The notes below the pieces were generated by a model. It was not told where the DNA came from and did not search any database. It saw only the letters and a list, made by a program, of their open reading frames with translations. 64,000 nucleotides of DNA from the IMG/VR virus record IMGVR_UViG_3300025809_000015. One strand, given 5' to 3'. Position 1 is the stretch's first letter. Each line of letters opens with the position of its first letter. The translations under genes and the position numbers were made by a program. This DNA comes from an uncultured virus (IMG/VR IMGVR_UViG_3300025809_000015) (Duplodnaviria; Heunggongvirae; Uroviricota; Caudoviricetes). Below are positions 59,701 to 64,000 of the stretch, piece by piece.

Positions 59701-61683
59701 ACCAGCTAAAGTAGAAGATCCTCCGCCTCCTCCACCACCTGCTTCAACATCTACAGTTCCTCTATATAAATGTCCGTTAGCAGAATTAATCCATAATGTT
59801 CTATCAGAAATAGTTCCACCACTCACATCATTACAAAGCGGTCTGTTTGCAAAAGTTGTAGATGGAAGAACTAATCCTCCTTTATCAATATTAACACAAC
59901 CTACAAAATAACCAGCCCATGTACCACTATCAGCAACCAAGCCTGTTAAAATAGTAGACGATGTAGCGTCAGTTTGTGTATCTATAACATTAGAATATAA
60001 TCCTACTCTCTGAGGATTTGTTCCAGTACCCGTGAATCCAATTATTTGACCAACATTAAGTGCTACACTTCCACCAACTTTATTATCAAGTGAAATATTA
60101 GTTCCAATATATTTAGAAGCAAAAGCACCAGTTGCACTGTCTGTTTGTAATTGTTGAGCATAATAAATTTCAGCTCCTCTATCCATCCATTGATATATGT
60201 TAACACCTTCAGTTGCAGTAGGTGTCTTATAAGTCATACGTAAACCGTACCCATCCGTTAATGAAGTGTTACCAACAAAATCATGTTGAGAGTCTATATC
60301 TGATGATATTGCTACTACTGTATTTTGTTCACTTATACCAGTTAAAAGGTGTTTACCTCTAAGTCTAACGCTTGCATCTAATGTACCACCTTGGTTTGTG
60401 TAAGATGTAAGAGTATATCTACCAGTAGATTCAAATCTTCCGGTTGTACTTGAGGCTGCTGCATTCACTAAAGGTATTCTATAACCAACAGCTGTTGTCT
60501 GTAAAGAACTAGTTGCAACATTAGGTACATATAGTTCATTGTTTAGAGATATGCTTAATGCATCTACTGTTAAACCGCCTAATCCAGTACTTCCTATATT
60601 AATACCAAAAGATTTATCAGTTCCGTAAATACCAGATGTTGCTTGGATAACACTATTTAATGCATATGTCTGAGAAGCATTTCCAGTAGGAGATGAATTT
60701 CTTAATTGTAATTGATGAGTAGTTGCAGCATTATCAAAATGAATACCTGTTCCAGTATCACCTACTCTATTAAATTGTAATTGTCCTGCACTATTATTAA
60801 GACTAACAGTTCGATTAGCAGCACCAATACTTCCGTCATTAGTATAAAGATTAACTTGTCCTAAAGAACCTATTGCTATCGGTGTCCATAAACCTGCACC
60901 ATTATTCCATTGTAAAATATCATTAGGGTTAGGTGCATTTGTTGATACATCAGATAACATACTAATCAATGGTGCTCCACTATTTAATTGAGCCAAGTCA
61001 ACTAAACCTTCATTAAAATTATACTCAATATTTTTTTGTCCAGAATTTGTACTTATAGATAATGCAGCACCGGTTCCAGTATTCGTTGACTGAAATCCGT
61101 AAAATTGTAAATTAACACCAACCTTACCAGAATAAACATCCTGATGGCCAGCTCCCGCTCCAATATTTTCACCAACATTTACCTCACCTGGATTTGATGC
61201 TAGTGTGTTTATTAATTTTATTGTTTTAGAAGATAGATTATATTGCAGCTGCATCCCTTGCCCGGCAATAAAATTAAAAGTATCATTAGGAGTAGTTGAT
61301 TGTATTAATGCATCATTACCAGATTGCAGTGCCCCAGATGGGGATGTAGAATTAACATTGATTTTACCAAAGCCATTAGCTCCTTGTATATTAATGTTAC
61401 CTGAACCTATACCTCCAATCATATCCCACTGTGCAGTATTAAATACACCTTGGGTAGTTCTAACATTTGCTCTCCACCATGCTAATACTTGATCTTCACC
61501 TGTAGTCGCAGGATCATCTACAATAACTGGGTGGTATACAATGTTTCCTATTTCATATGTCCTATCATTCTCCCAAGGGTTAGCCACCATTTTAAAATTA
61601 GTATCTACCTCAGCATTAGTTAGCTCTCTTTTTATCTCTGTTCTAAAAAGAATATATTCTTGTAGGTTAAATGACGTTGCCAT
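56725..61683 (-). CDS. Large collagen-like tail fibre (1652 aa)
   Basis: ELTNAEVDTNF N-terminus, LSDV...LVYNSATGQWEN fibre repeats, about 255-aa G-X-Y tract plus two shorter ones. Confidence 0.8.
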   Translation of the reverse strand: MATSFNLQEYILFRTEIKRELTNAEVDTNFKMVANPWENDRTYEIGNIVYHPVIVDDPATTGEDQVLAWWRANVRTTQGVFNTAQWDMIGGIGSGNINIQGANGFGKINVNSTSPSGALQSGNDALIQSTTPNDTFNFIAGQGMQLQYNLSSKTIKLINTLASNPGEVNVGENIGAGAGHQDVYSGKVGVNLQFYGFQSTNTGTGAALSISTNSGQKNIEYNFNEGLVDLAQLNSGAPLISMLSDVSTNAPNPNDILQWNNGAGLWTPIAIGSLGQVNLYTNDGSIGAANRTVSLNNSAGQLQFNRVGDTGTGIHFDNAATTHQLQLRNSSPTGNASQTYALNSVIQATSGIYGTDKSFGINIGSTGLGGLTVDALSISLNNELYVPNVATSSLQTTAVGYRIPLVNAAASSTTGRFESTGRYTLTSYTNQGGTLDASVRLRGKHLLTGISEQNTVVAISSDIDSQHDFVGNTSLTDGYGLRMTYKTPTATEGVNIYQWMDRGAEIYYAQQLQTDSATGAFASKYIGTNISLDNKVGGSVALNVGQIIGFTGTGTNPQRVGLYSNVIDTQTDATSSTILTGLVADSGTWAGYFVGCVNIDKGGLVLPSTTFANRPLCNDVSGGTISDRTLWINSANGHLYRGTVDVEAGGGGGGGSSTLAGLSDVTITDVQNDQLLVYNSATGQWENAALAAYNLNAISLTSGGVSIALSDGVASSDVDLLPGTNITFSVNEATDEITINAANPPASVNIGNTDLTVEEPRTLDFYGSATNNPLTFINTNGGTKNLFKFEQIGVGLTPQFTVGGGATDSEGQIVLAGNGSGRTGILIFNDDDGSNYTSFKAPNTLANNINYVWPLAMGTQNQVLEISAVAGSTATLKWTTVSGGGGGIGATGAQGAAGASGAQGAAGGLGATGATGAIGPRNGLPWQSTTATTTPAAGKFYYDAATTSLYINKTDSLGLDQTTFLNTFDDTGQASTGFGAVILTAGNNQQILHGVVTAVSLVGNVYDLTITPLTYTSNWGSGIDFTLEFTAYGTSFQGATGATGFNGATGFIGATGFIGATGATGATGQSGSAGATGSQGATGTQGATGEVGKTGSTGAIGNQGAIGLQGATGEVGKTGTQGATGSQGGIGLKGATGEKGETGFAGSTGAIGNQGAIGLQGATGEVGKTGTQGASGSQGSIGLQGATGEGGAIGNQGATGDIGKQGAIGLQGATGEVGKTGTQGASGSQGAIGLQGATGEGGAIGIQGATGVGGAIGNQGATGVGGAIGNQGASGAAGPQGGSGTGFIGATGAGGDYGGYVTAYNSAMVSTATLQQGKAVVSTANWISGGDISLSAQGTDPSSGGTTINYEVSNTVYSSWKTSQSGVGATGKVYFQIHEYDAPESVNYYYTTLTNVTVTNGINGGIVLAKNVYIGGAGITSFDKPIIGWSFAGSAGSSGATGFNGATGFIGATGSGGSGSGETLLWAGNRQYRAFIPQYGVGVYSFGQSIGASLPSSPGFSQTATAIVLSGSGALNTYNMNAGYRVNQNFGVGDTITIRGVLWFNRQALATVTNLSALRTTASYINVNGTWDPANATRTLIPFPGTTNTASHQVQTGVNGSTCIFAHEMVCDAALQMTVGDLIYFGWSVENLSGEANYFNQPCSMTYQVYKS
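57800..58575 (-). repeat. Collagen G-X-Y coding repeats (GAIGLQGATGEVGKTGTQ units)
   Basis: Multiple copies of ttaccaacttctcctgttgcaccttg. Confidence 0.9.
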
Positions 61684-61724
61684 TGATTTAAATATTTTTT
61701 TATTTATTCTTCTTCTTTATATAT

Positions 61725-62300
61725 TTAGTTTGGGGGATATTCCTCAATCTTAACATCATTATATGGAAACTGCGAAGTATCTCTTACAGAAGTAAATGCC
61801 TCTCTAAATGATTTAAGATACCAAGTGTTTTCTGACCAACCTGGTACTGCATAACATGGTGAATAAATTCCAGTTACATAAATATATTTTAGCTCTGAAT
61901 AATACTTTACATAATCAGTAACTGCATTCTTTATTAATTGAATTTGTCTGTCTATAAATACCTGTCTACCGGAGTTTCGTTGTCTATCATATGCAGAGCC
62001 TGTTTCAAGTTTTAAATTATTAGTAACATCTATTGCTTTAAATTCAGTACTAAAATCATAAAGATCACTCGCGGCTAAGAAAAATGAAATAGAAACCAAA
62101 TCTCCTAGATTACAATTATCAAGAGGCTTATAATTTTTGTTATAATACTTTTCCATTGCAGCAACATCTGCAAAATCAATGTACTCATGTTTTACCCTAT
62201 TAAAAAAATCAACCTTAATACTTGTAGAGGTTATTTTATTTTTTTTCAAAAAGGTAAAGAAGTCTAAAGCTAGTTTAAATGTTATTCCTTCTAAAATCAA
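61725..62300 (-). CDS. Hypothetical protein (191 aa, TTG start)
   Basis: Clean ORF; AATATATAA motif 17 nt upstream. Confidence 0.6.
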   Translation of the reverse strand: MILEGITFKLALDFFTFLKKNKITSTSIKVDFFNRVKHEYIDFADVAAMEKYYNKNYKPLDNCNLGDLVSISFFLAASDLYDFSTEFKAIDVTNNLKLETGSAYDRQRNSGRQVFIDRQIQLIKNAVTDYVKYYSELKYIYVTGIYSPCYAVPGWSENTWYLKSFREAFTSVRDTSQFPYNDVKIEEYPPN

Positions 62301-62325
62301 TGGAGTCTACTTTTTTGTTATATAT

Positions 62326-62799
62326 TCAGTCTTTGATTAGATGGTAGTCATCTATAAGATAGGATATAGGTCCATAAGTGATTTTACATTGTTTAAAAAT
62401 TTGTAAATGATCTAAGTTACGATAATCATCAATCCAATATACATGTTTAAATCCTGCATTAACTAAAATCTTGGTACACATTTTGCAAGGAGATAGAGTT
62501 AAAAGAACTATGTAATTTTCCGGATCATGCTCTTTAAATTTAGCAATCATATTTACCTCAGCATGAATAAAGCCACTTTCGCCTGGTTCCAAACTTTCTT
62601 CTTCAGTTCCAGTTTCTATATTATTATGAGCCCCACTATATGATCCGTTATAACCAAAACTGGCAATTTTACTAAAATCTTTTCTTAATGCAATACAACC
62701 TACTTTAGTTGTAGAAGAATTAGAAAGATCTTTAATATTATTTAAAATATTTTTAAAGGTTTCAATTTTTATCTGAAGTCGCTGAATTTTGGTATCCAT
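62326..62799 (-). CDS. dCMP deaminase (cytidine deaminase fold)
   Basis: KVGC, FGYNG, HAEVN, LSPCKMC. Confidence 0.88.
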   Translation of the reverse strand: MDTKIQRLQIKIETFKNILNNIKDLSNSSTTKVGCIALRKDFSKIASFGYNGSYSGAHNNIETGTEEESLEPGESGFIHAEVNMIAKFKEHDPENYIVLLTLSPCKMCTKILVNAGFKHVYWIDDYRNLDHLQIFKQCKITYGPISYLIDDYHLIKD

Positions 62800-63350
62800 T
62801 TGCTCTTAATTAATTTGGCTCTCATTTTTATACCAGGTTCTTTACTTAATGATTTTGCTAATTTAATGTTATCCTCATCATCATCAAAAAAGGTGAAGTC
62901 ATTAAATCCCATTTCTATAAATTTTCTAAATGCTTCCTTTTTTCTTTCTGCCGTTGATCCTTTAAATCCTAATGAGGTATCATTAATAGCAAATATGTAT
63001 TGTGGATTTATGTTAATTCCATTATGAGCTAAAAATTGCTGAATAAGCTTAGAATCATCTCTTGCTGTTATAATACCAACAGCCTTGCCCTTTTGTATAG
63101 TTCTTTTTAAAATAGAAAATACCCATTCAATAATTTTACCACCTTTAAGAATATCTAAACTTTGAAAATCTGAAAAGTCCATCTTATCATTTGGTCTTTT
63201 CCTAAATGTATTAAATTCTTGTGGAGTAAGTTCAGTAGAAAAACCTGTTTTAGGATTATGAACTTTAATTTTACTGCGAGTAACTACAAGAGTATCATCC
63301 ACATCAAATATGGTAATTGCATTTCTTTTATTTGCTTCAAATAGCCTCAC
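62769..63350 (-). CDS. HAD-superfamily phosphatase
   Basis: IFDVDDTL (motif I), ITAR (II), K (III), FFDDDEDN (IV). Confidence 0.85.
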   Translation of the reverse strand: MRLFEANKRNAITIFDVDDTLVVTRSKIKVHNPKTGFSTELTPQEFNTFRKRPNDKMDFSDFQSLDILKGGKIIEWVFSILKRTIQKGKAVGIITARDDSKLIQQFLAHNGININPQYIFAINDTSLGFKGSTAERKKEAFRKFIEMGFNDFTFFDDDEDNIKLAKSLSKEPGIKMRAKLIKSKWIPKFSDFR

Positions 63351-63423
63351 TTTAAATTTTCCTTTTATTATTTATCAATTAAATATGTAGAACACATTAG
63401 ATGTACTTAAAAGGTGTCTGCGA

Positions 63424-64000
63424 TTAGCAATCCCTTCCGTTAGCATAAACATGTTTTAATACAGGAAATCTTAGACTATATCCTCCGTTTTGATTTTTGC
63501 TTTCCTCAAAATACTGAATAGTTACAGTCTTACCAATAATATCTTGTGGAGATTCATAATACATTTCTCTTTGTTCTTTAGAAAATCCTGATCCTACACT
63601 AACTCTACATCCTTTATGTTCAATTATAATACTGCTTAAACATTCTCTTTCTACCTGTTTACCATTTTCTGTCCATCGGATATTTCCGTTGATTGCATCT
63701 AGGACAGTATATTCTGCATCATGGAATTTTTTAACCTTTAGTAGATTATGGCTTCTTTTACCTTCATAGCCTACATTCTTTCTAACCATGATTCCTTCAA
63801 ATCCTGCCTCTTCAGCATCCTTTGCCATTTCAGTAAATTGTTCCTCGGTAGTTAATTGTTCTTGTGGTAAGAATTCTAACATATCAGAATTAATATTTTC
63901 TGGTAAACTATTCTTTCCTAATTCTAATCTAAATGTTAATGGTGTAGTTCCAATCTTATTATCAAATTGTTCTAAAGTTAAATAATCAAATACAAAGAAT
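63424..64000 (-). CDS. ATP-dependent DNA ligase, C-terminal part (5' end beyond window)
   Basis: Frame stays open to the window end (FFVFDYL motif IIIa); FEGIMVRK, YEGKRSHNLLKVK, VGSGFS, SLRFPV. Confidence 0.92.
   Translation of the reverse strand, partial: FFVFDYLTLEQFDNKIGTTPLTFRLELGKNSLPENINSDMLEFLPQEQLTTEEQFTEMAKDAEEAGFEGIMVRKNVGYEGKRSHNLLKVKKFHDAEYTVLDAINGNIRWTENGKQVERECLSSIIIEHKGCRVSVGSGFSKEQREMYYESPQDIIGKTVTIQYFEESKNQNGGYSLRFPVLKHVYANGRDC

Noticed and set aside
63351..63423. Possible terminator or ncRNA between DNA ligase and HAD gene
   Set aside because: Only a weak, interrupted inverted repeat with no U-tract
51..63985. All plus-strand ORFs and short nested minus-strand ORFs in the ORF track (for example 51-257, 2935-3357, 7611-8321, 12682-13251, 58152-58496)
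   Set aside because: They are shadows of long minus-strand genes, mostly over repetitive or acidic coding sequence, with biased S/F/L or H/L/Q composition and no recognisable motifs
1..64000. Stop-codon reassignment as in some Bacteroidota phages
   Set aside because: Genes are full-length and tightly packed under code 11, and TAA, TAG (18062, 52055, 56149) and TGA (4744, 17692) all serve as stops

Overview
AT-rich 64-kb segment of a large T4-superfamily-like myovirus (jumbo-phage-like), most likely infecting a Bacteroidota host (inferred from motif-level clues). It is very gene-dense, and every credible gene is on the minus strand under the standard code. In transcription order (right to left) it carries: DNA ligase (partial), HAD phosphatase, dCMP deaminase, a 1652-aa collagen-like fibre and small ORFans. 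Next comes a baseplate/neck module (tube-initiator-like, LysM gp53-like, hub, gp5-like spike, gp13, gp25, gp6, gp7-like) with a 4-domain ribosomal protein S1 homologue and an amidoligase embedded in it. Then follow several giant virion proteins (one with a C-terminal Hint domain), a spanin-like protein, a gp3-like tail completion protein, RuvC-like resolvase, GroES, gp32, primase, UvsY, UvsW and an acidic core/scaffold-like protein. An enzyme cassette (two RNA-ligase-fold paralogues, one degenerate and fused to a PD-(D/E)xK-like nuclease, plus a HIGH-type nucleotidyltransferase) and further collagen-like fibres end the window. The most striking unexplained pattern is a T4 capsid-targeting-like motif (Kx[FY]xx[FY][ILV]xE, with [ILV]NE sites) that recurs at termini and domain junctions of the cassette enzymes and of a propeptide-masked cationic amphipathic peptide. 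This suggests a head-packaged, protease-matured, injected protein cargo system. Two promoter-like motif classes, an antisense promoter facing ruvC, and a promoter-in-loop hairpin were also found. All calls come from motif reading by eye; no database searches were run.
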